Positions 29,601 through 45,100 of a stretch of 64,000 bases of DNA are shown piece by piece. Origin of the DNA: the human T2T-CHM13v2.0 reference genome, Homo sapiens. Position numbers and translations under genes: made by a program. The notes beneath the pieces are model-generated. The model did not search any database. It was not told the DNA's origin and was given only the letters and a program-made list of their open reading frames with translations. The stretch lies in NCBI RefSeq assembly GCF_009914755.1, contig NC_060925.1. One strand, written 5' to 3'. Position 1 is the first letter of the stretch. Every line of letters begins with the position of its first letter.

Positions 29601-32600
29601 GAACTGAATGGAATCCTCATTGAATGGAAATGAAAGGGGTCATCATCTAATGGAATCGCATGGAATCATCATCAAATGGAATCGAATGGAATCATCATCA
29701 AATGGAATCTGATGGAATCATTGAACAGAATTGAATGGAATCGTAATCGAATGAATTGAATGCAATCATCAAATGGTCTCGAATGTAATCACATTCTAAT
29801 GGAAAGGAATGGAATCATCGCATAGAATCGAATGGAATTAACATTGAATGGACTCGAATGGAATCTACATCAAACGGAATCAAGCGGAATTATCGAATGG
29901 AATCGAAGAGAATCATCGAATGGTCTCGAATGGAATCATCTTCAAATGGAATGGAATGGAATCATCGCATAGAATCGAATGGAATTATCATCGAATGGAA
30001 TCGAATGGTATCAACATCAAACGGAAAAAAACGGAATTATCGAATGGAATCGAAGAGAATCTTCGAACGGACCCGAATGGAATCATCTAATGGAATGGAA
30101 TGGAATAATCCATGGACTCGAATGCAATCATCATCGAATGGAATCGAATGGAATCATTGAAAGGACTCGAATGGAATAATCATTGAACGGAATCGAATGG
30201 AATCATCATCGGATGGAAATGAATGGAATCATCATCGAATGGAATCGAATAGAATTATGGAATGAAATCCAGTGTGATCATCATCGAATGGACCCGAATG
30301 GAATCATCATCCAACGGAAGCTAATGGAATCAACATCGAATGAATCGAATGGAAACACCATCGAATTGAAACGAATGGAATTATCATGAAATTGAAATGG
30401 ATGGACTCATCATCGAATGGATTCGAATGGAATCATCGAATAAAATTGATTGAAATCATCATTGAATGGAATCGAATGGTATCATTGAATGGAATCGAAT
30501 GGAATCATCATCAGATGGAAATGAATGGAATCGTCATAGAATGGAATCGAATGGATTCATTGAATGGAATCAGATGGAATCATCGAATGGACTGGAATGG
30601 AATCATTGAATGGACTCGAAAGGGATCATTATTGAATGGAATTGAATGGAATCATCGAATGGTCTCGATTGGAATCATTATCAAATGGAATCGAATGGAA
30701 TCACCGAATAGAATCGAATGGAACAATCATCGAATGGACTCCAATGGAATTATCCTCAAATGGAATCGAATGGAATTATCGATTGCAATCGAATGGAATT
30801 ATCGAATGCAATCGAATAGAATCATCGAATGGACTCGAATGGAATCATCGAATGGAATGGAATGGAACAGTCAATGAACTCGAATGGAATCATCATTGAA
30901 TGGAATCGAATGGAATCATCGAGTGGAATCGAAAGGAATTATGACCAAATGGAATCGAATGTAATCATCATCAAATGGAATCAAAAATAACCATCATCAA
31001 TTGGTATTGAATGGAATTGTCATCAAATGGAATTCAAAGGAATCATCATCAAATGGAACCGAATGGAATCCTCATTGAATGGAAATGAAAGGGGTCATCA
31101 TCTAATGGAATCGCATGGAATCATCATCAAATGGAATCGAATGGAATCATCATCAAATGGAATCAAATGGAATCATTGAAAAGAATTGAATGGAATAGTC
31201 ATCGAATGAATTGAATGCAATCATCGAATGGTCTCGAATGGAATCATCTTCTAATGGAAAGGAATGGAATCATCGCATAGAATCGAATGGAATTATCATC
31301 GAATGGAATCGAATGGTATCAACACCAAACGGAAAAAAACGGAATTATCGAATGGAATCGAAGAGAATCTTCGAACGGACCCGAATGGAATCATCTAATG
31401 GAATGGAATGGAATAATCCATGGACTCGAATGCAATCATCATCGAATGGAATGGAATGGAATCATCGAATGGACTCGAATGGAATAATCATTGAACGGAA
31501 TCGAATGGAATCATCATCGGATGGAAACGAATGGAATCATCATCGAATGGAAATGAAAGGAGTCACCATCTAATGGAATTGCATGGAATCATCATCAAAT
31601 GGAATCGAATGGAATCAACATCAAATGGAATCAAATGGAATCATTGAACGGAATTGAATGGAATCGTCATCGAATGAATTGAATGCAATCATCGAATGGT
31701 CTCGAATGGAATCATCTTCAAATGGAATGGAATGGAATCATCGCATAGAATCGAATGGAATTATCATCGAATGGAATCGAATGGAATCAACATCAAACGG
31801 AAAAAAACGGAATTATCGAATGGAATCGAAGAGAATCATCGAATGGACCCGAATGGAATCATCTAATGGAATGGAATGGAATAATCCATGGACTCGAATG
31901 CAATCATCATCGAATGGAATCGAATGGAATCATCGAATGGACTCGAATGGAATAATCATTGAACGGAATCGAATGGAATCGTCATCGGATGGAAATGAAT
32001 GGAATCATCATCGAATGGAATCGAATAGAATTATGGAATGAAATCCAGTGTGATCATCATCGAATGGACCCGAATGGAATCATCATCCAACGGAAGCTAA
32101 TGGAATCAACATCGAATGAATCGAATGGAAACACCATCGAATTGAAACGAATGGAATTACCATGAAATTGAAATGGATGGACTCATCATCGAATGGATTC
32201 GAATGGAATCATCGAATAAAATTGATTGAAATCATCATCGAATGGTATCGAATGGTATCATTGAATGGAATCGAATGGAATCATCCTCAGATGGAAATGA
32301 ATGGAATCGTCATAGAATGGAATCGAATGGATTCATTGAATGGAATCAGATGGAATCATCGAATGGACTGGAATGGAATCATTGAATGGACTCGAAAGGG
32401 ATCATTATTGAATGGAATTGAATGGAATCATCGAATGGTCCCGATTGGAATCATTATCAAATGGAATCGAATGGAATCACCGAATAGAATCGAATGGAAC
32501 AATCATCGAATGGACTCAAATGGAATTATCCTCAAATGGAATCGAATGGAATTATCGAATGCAATCGAATGGAATTATCGAATGCAATCGAATAGAATCA

Positions 32601-33160
32601 TCGAATGGACTCGAATGGAATCATCGAATGGAATGGAATGGAACAGTCAATGAACTCGAATGGAATCATCATTGAATGGAATCGAATGGAATCATCGAGT
32701 GGAATCGAATGGAATTATGATCAAATGGAATCGAATGTAATCATCATCAAATGGAATCAAAAATAACCATCATCAATTGGTATTGAATGGAATTCTCATC
32801 AAATGGAATTCAAAGGAATCATCATCAAATGGAACTGAATGGAATCCTCATTGAATGGAAATGAAAGGGGTCATCATCTAATGGAATCGCATGGAATCAT
32901 CATCAAATGGAATCGAATGGAATCATCATCAAATGGAATCTGATGGAATCATTGAACAGAATTGAATGGAATCGTAATCGAATGAATTGAATGCAATCAT
33001 CAAATGGTCTCGAATGTAATCACATTCTAATGGAAAGGAATGGAATCATCGCATAGAATCGAATGGAATTAACATTGAATGGACTCGAATGGAATCTACA
33101 TCAAACGGAATCAAGCGGAATTATCGAATGGAATCGAAGAGAATCATCGAATGGTCTCGA
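26690..33160 (+). repeat. Recent tandem duplication, period 3231 bp (1776+1455), 2 copies
   Basis: Marker pairs 27155/30386 and 28931/32162. Shared rare variants: CATTGAAAGGAC, ACTCCAATGG, ATGACC, GGAATAGTC, GGTATCGAATGGTATC, GGTCCCG, ATCGTAATCG, AATCTACATC. Confidence 0.88.
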
Positions 33161-36100
33161 ATGGAATCATCTTCTAATGGAAAGGAATGGAATCATCTCA
33201 TAGAATCGAATGGAATTAACATTGAATGGACTCGAATGGAATCAACATCAAATGGAATCAAGCGGAATTATCGAATGAAATCGAAGAGAATCATCGAATG
33301 GACTCGAATGGAATCATCTAATGGAATGGAATGGAATAATCCACGGACTCGAATGCAATCATCATCGTATAGAATCGAATGGAATCATCGAAAGGAATCG
33401 AATGGAATAACAATTGAACGGAATCGAATGGAATCATCATCGGATGGAAACGAATGGAATCATCATCGAATGGAAATGAAAGGAGTCATCATCTAATGGA
33501 ATTGCATGGAATCATCATCAAATGGAATCGAATGGAATCATCATCAAATGGAATCAAATGGAATCATTGAACGGAATTGAATGGAATCGTCATCGAATGA
33601 ATTGAATGCAATCATCAAATGGTCTCGAATGGAATCATCTTCAAATGGAATGGAATGGAATCATCGCATAGAATCGAATGGAATTATCATCGAATGGAAT
33701 CGAATGGTATCAACATCAAACGGAAAAAAACGGAATTATCGAATGGAATCGAAGAGAATCTTCGAACGGACCCGAATGGAATCATCTAATGGAATGGAAT
33801 GGAATAATCCATGGACTCGAATGCAATCATCATCGAATGGAATCGAATGGAATCACTGAATGGACTCGAATGGAATAATCATTGAACGGAATCGAATGGA
33901 ATCATCATCGGATGGAAATAAATGGAATGATCATCGAATGGAATCGAATATAATTATGGAATGAAATCCAGTGTGATCATCATCGAATGGACCCGAATGG
34001 AATCATCATCCAACGGAAGCTAATGGAATCAACATCGAATGAATCGAATGGAAACACCATCGAATTGAAACGAATGGAATTATCATGAAATTGAAATGGA
34101 TGGACCCATCATCGAATGGATTCGAATGGAATCATCTAATAAAATTGATTGAAATCATCATCAAATGGAATCGAATGGTGTCATTGAATGGGATCGAATG
34201 GAATCATCGTCAGATGGAAATGAATGGAATCGTCATAGAATGGAATCGAATGGATTCATTGAATGGAATCAGGTGGAATCATCGAATGGACTGGAATGGA
34301 ATCATTGAATGTACTCGAATGGAATCATTATTGAATGGAATTGAATGGAATCATCGAATGGTCTCGATTGGAATCATTATCAAATGGAATCGAATGGAAT
34401 CACCGAATAGAATCGAATGGAACAATCATCGAATGGACTCAAATGGAATTATCCTCAAATGGAATGGAATGGAATTATCGAATGCAATCGAATGGAATTA
34501 TCGAATGCAATCGAATAGAATCATCGAATGGACTCGAATGGAATCATCGAATGGAATGGAATGGAACAGTCAATGAACTCGAATGGAATCATCATTGAAT
34601 GGAATCGAATGGAATCATCGAGTGGAATCGAATGGAATTATGATCAAATGGAATCGAATGTAATCCTCATCAAATGGAATCAAAAATAACCATCATCAAT
34701 TGGTATTGAATGGAATTGTCATCAAATGGAATTCAAAGGAATCATCATCAAATGGAACCGAATGGAATCCTCATTGAATGGAAATGAAAGGGGTCATCAT
34801 CTAATGGAATCGCATGGAATCATCATAAAATGGAATCGAATGGAATCATCATCAAATGGAATCTAATGGAATCATTGAAAGAATTGAATGGAATCATCAT
34901 CGAATGAATTGAATGCAATCATCGAATGGTCTCGAATGGAATCATCTTCTAATGGAAAGGAATGGAATCATCGCATAGAATCGAATGGAATTATCATCGA
35001 ATGGAATCGAATGGTATCAACACCAAACGGAAAAAAACGGAATTATGGAATGGAATCGAAGAGAATCTTCGAACGGACCCGAATGGAATCATCTAATGGA
35101 ATGGAATGGAATAATCCATGGACACGAATGCAATCATCATCGAATGGAATCGAATGGAATCATCGAATGGACTCGAATGGAATAATCATTGAACGGAATC
35201 GAATGGAATCATCATCGCATGGAAACGAATGGAATCATCATCGAATGGAAATGAAAGGAGTCATCATCTAATGGAATTGCATGGAATCATCATAAAATGG
35301 AATCGAATGGAATCAACATCAAATGGAATCAAATGGAATCATTGAAAGGAATTGAATGGAATCGTCATCGAATGAATTGAATGCAATCATCGAATGGTCT
35401 CGAATGGAATCATCTTCAAATGGAATGGAATGGAATCATCGCAGAGAATCGAATGGAATTATCATCGAATGGAATCGAATGGAATCAACATCAAACGGAA
35501 AAAAACGGAATTATCGAATGGAATCGAAGAGAATCATCGAATGGACCCGAATGGAATCATCTAATGGAATGGAATGGAATAATCCATGGACTCGAATGCA
35601 ATCATCATCGAATGGAATCGAATGGAATCATCGAATGGACTCGAATGGAATAATCATTGAACGGAATCGAATGGAATCATCATCGGATGGAAATGAATGG
35701 AATCATCATCGAATGGAATCGAATAGAATTATGGAATGAAATCCAGTGTGATCATCATCGAATGGACCCCAATGGAATCATCATCCAACGGAAGCTAATG
35801 GAATCAACATCGAATGAATCAAATGGAAACACCATCGAATTGAAACGAATGGAATTACCATGAAATTGAAATGGATGGACTCATCATCAAATGGATTCGA
35901 GTGGAATCATCAAATAAAATTGATTGACATCATCATCGAATGGAATCGAATGGTATCATTGAATGGAATCGAATGGAATCATCATCAGATGGAAATGAAA
36001 GGAATCGTCATAGAATGGAATCGAATGGATTCATTGAATGGAATCAGATGGAATCATTGAATGGACTGGAATGGAATCATTGAATGGACTCGAAAGGGAT

Positions 36101-39100
36101 CATTATTGAATGGAATTGAATGGAATCATCGAATGGTCTCGATTGGAATCATTATCAAATGTAATCGAATGGAATCACCGAATAGAATCGAATGGAACAA
36201 TCATCGAATGGACTCAAATGGAATTTTCCTCAAATGGAATCGAATGGAATTATCGAATGCAATCGAATGGAATTATCGAATGCAATCGAATAGAATCATC
36301 GAATGGACTCGAATGGAATCATCGAATGGAATGGAATGGAACAGTCAATGAACTCGAATGGAATCATCATTGAATGGAATCGAATGGAATCATCGAGTGG
36401 AATCGAATGTAATCATCATCAAATGGAATCAAAAATAACCATCATCAAATGGAATCAAAAATAACCATCATCAATTGGTATTGAATGGAATTGTCATCAA
36501 ATGGAATTCAAAGGAATCATCATCAAATGGAACCGAATGGAATCCTCGTTGAATGGAAATGAAAGGGGTCATCATCTAATGGAATCGCATGGAATCATCA
36601 TAAAATGGAATCGAATGGAATCAACATCAAATGGAATCAAATGGAATCATTGAACGGAATTGAATGGAATCGTCATCGAATGAATTGAATGCAATCATCG
36701 AATGGTCTCGAATGGAATCATCTTCAAATGGAATGGAATGGAATCATCGCATAGAATCGAAAGGAATTATCATCGAATGGAATCGAATGGAATCAACAAC
36801 AAACGGAAAAAAACGGAATTATCGAATGGAATCGAAGAGAATCATCGAATGGACCCGAATGGAATCATCTAATGGAATGGAATGGAATAATCCATGGACT
36901 CGAATGCAATCATCATCGAATGGAATCGAATGGAATCATCGAATGGACTCGAATGGAATAATCATTGAACGGAATCGAATGGAATCATCATCGGATGGAA
37001 ACGAATGGAATCATCATCGAATGGAATCGAATAGAATTATGGAATGAAATCCAGTGTGATCATCATCGAATGGACCCGAATGGAATCATCATCCAACGGA
37101 AGCTAATGGAATCAACATCGAATGAATCAAATGGAAACACCATCGAATAGAAACGAATGGAATTACCATGAAATTGAAATGGATGGACTCATCATCAAAT
37201 GGATTCGAATGGAATCATCGAATAAAATTGATTGAAATCATCATCGAATGGAATCGAATGGTATCATTGAATGGAATCGAATGGAATCATCATCAGATGG
37301 AAATGAATGGAATCGTCATAGAATGGAATCGAATGGATTCATTGAATGGAATCAGATGGAATCATTGAATGGACTGGAATGGAATCATTGAATGGACTCG
37401 AAAGAGATCATTATTGAATGGAATTGAATGGAATCATCGAATGGTCTCGATAGGAATCATTATCAAATGGAATCGAATGGAATCACCGAATAGAATCGAA
37501 TGGAACAATCATCGAATGGACTCAAATGGAATTATCCTCTAATGGAATCGAATGAAATTATCGAATGCAATCGAATGGAATTATCGAATGCAATCGAATA
37601 GAATCATCGAATGGACTCGAATGGAATCATCGAATGGAATGGAATGGAACAGTCAATGAACTCGAATGGAATCATCATTGAATGGAATCGAATGGAATCA
37701 TCGAGTGGAATCGAAAGGAATTATGACCAAATGGAATCGAATGTAATCATCATCAAATGGAATCAAAAATAAATATCATCAATTGGTATTGAATGGAATT
37801 GTCATCAAATGGAATTCAAAGGAATCATCATCAAATGGAACCGAATGGAATCCTCATTGAATGGAAATGAAAGGGGTCATCATCTAATGGAATCGCATGG
37901 AATCATCATCAAATGGAATCGAATGGAATCATCATCAAATGGAATCAAATGGAATCATTGAAAAGAATTGAATGGAATAGTCATCGAATGAATTGAATGC
38001 AATCATCGAATGGTCTCGAATGGATACATCTTCTAATGGAAAGGAATGGAATCATCGCATAGAATCGAATGGAATTACCATCGAATGGAATCGAATGGTA
38101 TCAACACCAAACGGAAAAAAACGGAATTATCGAATGGAATCGAAGAGAATCTTCGAACGGACCCGAATGGAATCATCTAATGGAATGGAATGGAATAATC
38201 CATGGACTCGAATGCAATCATCATCGAATGGAATCGAATGGAATCATCGAATGGACTCGAATGGAATAATCATTGAACGGAATCGAATGGAATCATCATC
38301 GGATGGAAACGAATGGAATCATCACCGAATGGAAATGAAAGGAGTCATCATCTAATGGAATTGCATGGAATCATCATCAAATGGAATCGAATGGAATCAA
38401 CATCAAATGGAATCAAATGGAATCATTGAACGGAATTGAATGGAATCGTCATCGAATGAATTGAATGCAATCATCGAATGGTCTCGAATGGAATCATCTT
38501 CAAATGGAATGGAATGGAATCATCGCATAGAATCGAATGGAATTATCATCGAATGGAATCGAATGGAATCAACATCAAACGGAAAAAAACGGAATTATCG
38601 AATGGAATCGAAGAGAATCATCGAATGGACCCGAATGGAATCATCTAATGGAATGGAATGGAATAATCCATGGACTCGAATGCAATCATCATCGAATGGA
38701 ATCGAATGGAATCATCGAATGGACTCGAATGGAATAATCATTGAACGGAATCGAATGGAATCGTCATCGGATGGAAATGAATGGAATCATCATCGAATGG
38801 AATCGAATACAATTATGGAATGAAATCCAGTGTGATCATCATCGAATGGACCCGAATGGAATCATCATCCAACGGAAGCTAATGGAATCAACATCGAATG
38901 AATCCAATGGAAACACCATCGAATTGAAACGAATGGAATTACCATGAAATTGAAATGGATGGACTCATCATCGAATGGATTCGAATGGAATCATCGAATA
39001 AAATTGATTGAAATCATCATCGAATGGTATCGAATGGTATCATTGAATGGAATCGAATGGAATCATCCTCAGATGGAAATGAATGGAATCGTCATAGAAT

Positions 39101-42100
39101 GGAATCGAATGGATTCATTGAATGGAATCAGATGGAATCATCGAATGGACTGGAATGGAATCATTGAATGGACTCAAAAGGGATCATTATTGAATGGAAT
39201 TGAATGGAATCATCGAATGGTCCCGATTGGAATCATTATCAAATGGAATCGAATGGAATCACCGAATAGAATCGAATGGAACAATCATCGAATGGACTCA
39301 AATGGAATTATCCTCAAATGGAATCGAATGGAATTATCGAATGCAATCGAATGGAATTATCGAATGCAATCGAATAGAATCATCGAATGGACTCGAATGG
39401 AATCATCGAATGCAATGGAATGGAACAGTCAATGAACTCGAATGGAATCATCATTGAATGCAATCGAATGGAATCATCGAGTGGAATCGAATGGAATTAT
39501 GATCAAATGGAATCGAATGTAATCATCATCAAATGGAATCAAAAATAACCATCATCAATTGGTATTGAATGGAATTCTCATCAAATGGAATTCAAAGGAA
39601 TCATCATCAAATGGAACTGAATGGAATCCTCATTGAATGGAAATGAAAGGGGTCATCATCTAATGGAATCGCATGGAATCATCATCAAATGGAATCGAAT
39701 GGAATCATCATCAAATGGAATCAAATGGAATCATTGAACGGAATTGAATGGAATCGTCATCGAATGAATTGAATGCAATCATCAAATGGTCTCGAATGGA
39801 ATCATCTTCAAATGGAATGGAATGGAATCATCGCATAGAATCGAATGGAATTATCATCGAATGGAATCGAATGGTATCAACATCAAACGGAAAAAAACGG
39901 AATTATCGAATGGAATCGAAGAGAATCTTCGAACGGACCCGAATGGAATCATCTAATGGAATGGAATGGAATAATCCATGGACTCGAATGCAATCATCAT
40001 CGAATGGAATCGAATGGAATCACTGAATGGACTCGAATGGAATAATCATTGAACGGAATCGAATGGAATCATCATCGGATGGAAATAAATGGAATGATCA
40101 TCGAATGGAATCGAATAGAATTATGGAATGAAATCCAGTGTGATCATCATCGAATGGACCCGAATGGAATCATCATCCAACGGAAGCAAATGGAATCAAC
40201 ATCGAATGAATCGAATGGAAACACCATCGAATTGAAACGAATGGAATTATCATGAAATTGAAATGGATGGACCCATCATCGAATGGATTCGAATGGAATC
40301 ATCGAATAAAATTGATTGAAATCATCATCAAATGGAATCGAATGGTGTCATTGAATGGGATCGAATGGAATCATCGTCAGATGGAAATGAATGGAATCGT
40401 CATAGAATGGAATCGAATGGATTCATTGAATGGAATCAGATGGAATCATCGAATGGACTGGAATGGAATCATTGAATGGACTCGAATGGAATCATTATTG
40501 AATGGAATTGAATGGAATCATCGAATGGTCTCGATTGGAATCATTATCAAATGGAATCGAATGGAATCACCGAATAGAATCGAATGGAACAATCATCGAA
40601 TGGACTCAAATGGAATTATCCTCAAATGGAATGGAATGGAATTATCGAATGCAATCGAATGGAATTATCGAATGCAATCGAATAGAATCATCGAATGGAC
40701 TCGAATGGAATCATCGAATGGAATGGAATGGAACAGTCAATGAACTCGAATGGAATCATCATTGAATGGAATCGAATGGAATCATCGAGTGGAATCGAAT
40801 GGAATTATGATCAAATGGAATCGAATGTAATCCTCATCAAATGGAATCAAAAATAACCATCATCAATTGGTATTGAATGGAATTGTCATCAAATGGAATT
40901 CAAAGGAATCATCATCAAATGGAACCGAATGGAATCCTCATTGAATGGAAATGAAAGTGGTCATCATCTAATGGAATCGCATGGAATCATCATCAAATGG
41001 AATCGAATGGAATCATCATCAAATGGAATCTAATGGAATCATTGAACAGAATTGAATGGAATTGTCATCGAATGAATTGAATGCAATCATCGAATGGTCT
41101 CGAATGGAATCATCTTCAAATGGAAAGGAATGGAATCATCGCATAGAATCGAATGGAATTATCATCGAATGGAATCCAATGGTATCAACATCAAACGGAA
41201 AAAAACGGAATTATGGAATGGAATCGAAGAGAATCTTCGAACGGACCCGAATGGAATCATCTAATGGAATGGAATGGAATAATCCATGGACTCGAATGCA
41301 ATCATCATCGAATGGAATCGAATGGAATCATCGAATGGACTCGAATGGAATAATCATTGAATGGAATCGAATGGAATCATCTTCGGATGGAAACGAATGG
41401 AATCATCATCGAATGGAAATCAAAGGAGTCATCATCTAATGGAATTGCATGGAATCATCATAAAATGGAATCGAATGGAATCAACATCAAATGGAATCAA
41501 ATGGAATCATTGATCGGAATTGAATGGAATCGTCATCGAATGAATTCAATGCAATCATCGAATGGTCTCGAATGGAATCATCTTCAAATGGAATGGAATG
41601 GAATCATCGCATAGAATCGAGTGGAATTATCATCGAATGGAGTCGAATGGAATCAACATCAAACGGAAAAAAACGGAATTATCGAATGGAATCGAAGAGA
41701 ATCTTCGAACGGACCCGAATGGAATCACCTAATGGAATGGAATGGAATAATCCATGTACTCGAATGCAATCATCATCGAATGGAATCGAATGGAATCATC
41801 AAATGGACTCGAATGGAATAATCATTCAACGGAATCGAATGGAATCATCATCGGATGGAAATGAATTGAATCATCATCCAACGGAAGCTAATGGAATCAA
41901 CATCGAATGTATCGAATGGAAACACCATCGAATTGAAACGAATGGAATTATCATGAAATTGAAATGGATGGACTCATCATCGAATGGATTCGAATGGAAT
42001 CATCGAATAAAATTGATTGAAATCATCATCCAATGGAATCGAATGGTATCATTGAATGGAATCGAATGGAATCATCATCAGATGGAAATGAATGGAATCG

Positions 42101-45100
42101 TCATAGAATGGAATCGAATGGATTCATTGAATGGAATCAGATGGAATCATCGAATGGACTGGAATGGAATCATCGAATGGACTCGAAAGGGATCATTATT
42201 GAATGGAATTGAATGGAATCATCGAATGGTCTCGATTGGAATCATTATCAAATGGAATCGAATGGAATCACCGAATAGAATCGAATGGAACAATCATCGA
42301 ATGGACTCAAATGGAATTATCCTCCAATGGAATCGAATGGAATTATCGAATGCAATCGAATGGAATTATCGAATGCAATCGAATAGAATCATCGAATGGA
42401 CTCGAATGGAATCATCGAATGGAATGGAATGGAACAGTCAATGAACTCGAATGGAATCATCATTGAATGGAATCGAATGGAATCATCGAGTGGAATCGAA
42501 TGGAAATATGATCAAATGGAATCGAATATAATCATCATCAAATGGAATCAAAAATAACCATCATCAATTGGTATTGAATGGAATTCTCATCAAATGGAAT
42601 TCAAAGGAATCATCATCAAATGGAACTGAATGGAATCCTCATTGAATGGAAATGAAAGGGGTCATCATCTAATGGAATCGCATGGAATCATCATCAAATG
42701 GAATCGAATGGAATCATCATCAAATGGAATCTGATGGAATCATTGAACAGAATTGAATGGAATCGTCATCGAATGAATTGAATGCAATCATCGAATGGTC
42801 TCGAATGTAATCACATTCTAATGGAAAGGAATGGAATCATCGCATAGAATCGAATGGAATTAACATTGAATGGACTCGAATGGAATCAACATCAAACGGA
42901 ATCAAGCGGAATTATCGAATGGAATCGAAGAGAATCATCGAATGGTCTCGAATGGAATCATCTTCTAATGGAAAGGAATGGAATCATCGCATAGAATCGA
43001 ATGGAATTAACATTGAATGGACTCGAATGGAATCAACATCAAATGGAATCAAGCGGAATTATCGAATGAAATCGAAGAGAATCATCGAATGGACTCGAAT
43101 GGAATCATCTAATGGAATGGAATGGAATAATCCACGGACTCGAATGCAATCATCATCGTATAGAATCGAATGGAATCATCGAATGGACTCGAATGGAATA
43201 ACCATTGAACGGAATCGAATGGAATCATCATCGGATGGAAACGAATGGAATCATCATCGAATGGAAATGTAAGGAGTCATCATCTAATGGAATTGCATGG
43301 AATCATCATAAAATGGAATCGAATGGAATCATCATCAAATGGAATCAAATGGAATCATTGAACGGAATTGAATGGAATCCTCATCGAATGAATTGAATGC
43401 AATCATCGAATGGTCTCGAATGGAATCATCTTCAAATGGAATGGAATGGAATCATCGCATAGAATCGAATGGAATTATTATCGAATGGAATCGAATGGTA
43501 TCAACATCAAACGGAAAAAAACGGAATTATCGAATGGAATCGAAGAGAATCTTCGAACGGACCCGCATGGAATCATCTAATGGAATGGAATGGAATAATC
43601 CATGGACTCGAATGCAATCATCATCGAATGGAATCGAATGGAATCATCGAATGGACTCGAATGGAATAATCAATCATTGAACGGAATCGAATGGAATCAT
43701 CATCGGATGGAAATGAATGGAATCATCATCGAATGGAATCGAATAGAATTATGGAATGAAATCCAGTGTGATCATCATCGAATGGACCCGAATGGAATCA
43801 TCATCCAACGGAAGCTATTGGAATCAACATCGAATGAATCGAATGGAAACACCATCGAATTGAAACGAATGGAATTATCATGAAATTGAAATGGATGGAC
43901 TCATCATCGAATGGATTCGAATGGAATCATCGAATAAAATTGATTGAAATCATCATCGAATGGAATCGAATGGTATCATTGAATGGAATCGAATGGAATC
44001 ATCATCAGATGGAAATGAATGGAATCGTCATAGAATGGAATCGAATGGATTCATTGAATAGAATCAGATGGAATCATCGAATGGACTGGAATGGAATCAT
44101 TGAATGGACTCGAAAGGGATCATTATTGAATGGAATTGAATGGAATCATCGAATGGTCTCGATTGGAATCATTATCAAATGGAATCGAATGGAATCACCG
44201 AATAGAATCGAATGGAACAATCATCGAATGGACTCAAATGGAATTATCTTCAAATGGAATGGAATGGAATTATCGAATGCAATCGAATGGAATTATCGAA
44301 TGCAATCGAATAGAATCATCGAAAGGACTCGAATGGAATCATCGAATGGAATGGAATGGAACAGTCAATGAACTCGAATGGAATCATCATTGAATGGAAT
44401 CGAATGGAATCATCGAGTGGAATCGAATGGAATTATGATCAAATGGAATCGAATGTAATCATCATCAAATGGAATCAAAAATAACCATCATCAATTGGTA
44501 TTGAATGGAATTGTCATCAAATGGAATTCAAAGGAATCATCATCAAATGGAACCGAATGGAATCCTCATTGAATGGAAATGAAAGGGGTCATCATCTAAT
44601 GGAATCGCATGGAATCATCATCAAATGGAATCGAATGGAATCATCATCAAATGGAATCTAATGGAATCATTGAAAAGAATTGAATGGAATCATCATCGAA
44701 TGAATTGAATGCAATCATCGAATGGTCTCGAATGGAATCATCTTCTAATGGAAAGGAATGGAATCATCGCATAGAATCGAATGGAATTATCATCGAATGG
44801 AATCGAATGGTATCAACACCAAACGGAAAAAAACGGAATTATCGAATGGAATCGAAGAGAATCTTCGAACGGACCCGAATGGAATCATCTAATGGAATGG
44901 AATGGAATAATCCATGGACTCGAATGCAATCATCATCGAATGGAATCGAATGGAATCATCGAATGGACTCGAATGGAATAATCATTGAACGGAATCGAAT
45001 GGAATCATCATCGGATGGAAACGAATGGAATCATCATCGAATGGAAATGAAAGGAGTCATCATCTAATGGAATTGCATGGAATCATCATAAAATGGAATC

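Noticed and set aside
41524-42444. Longest ORF, 306 aa
   Set aside because: Chance fusion caused by a 75 bp deletion; no domain-like content.
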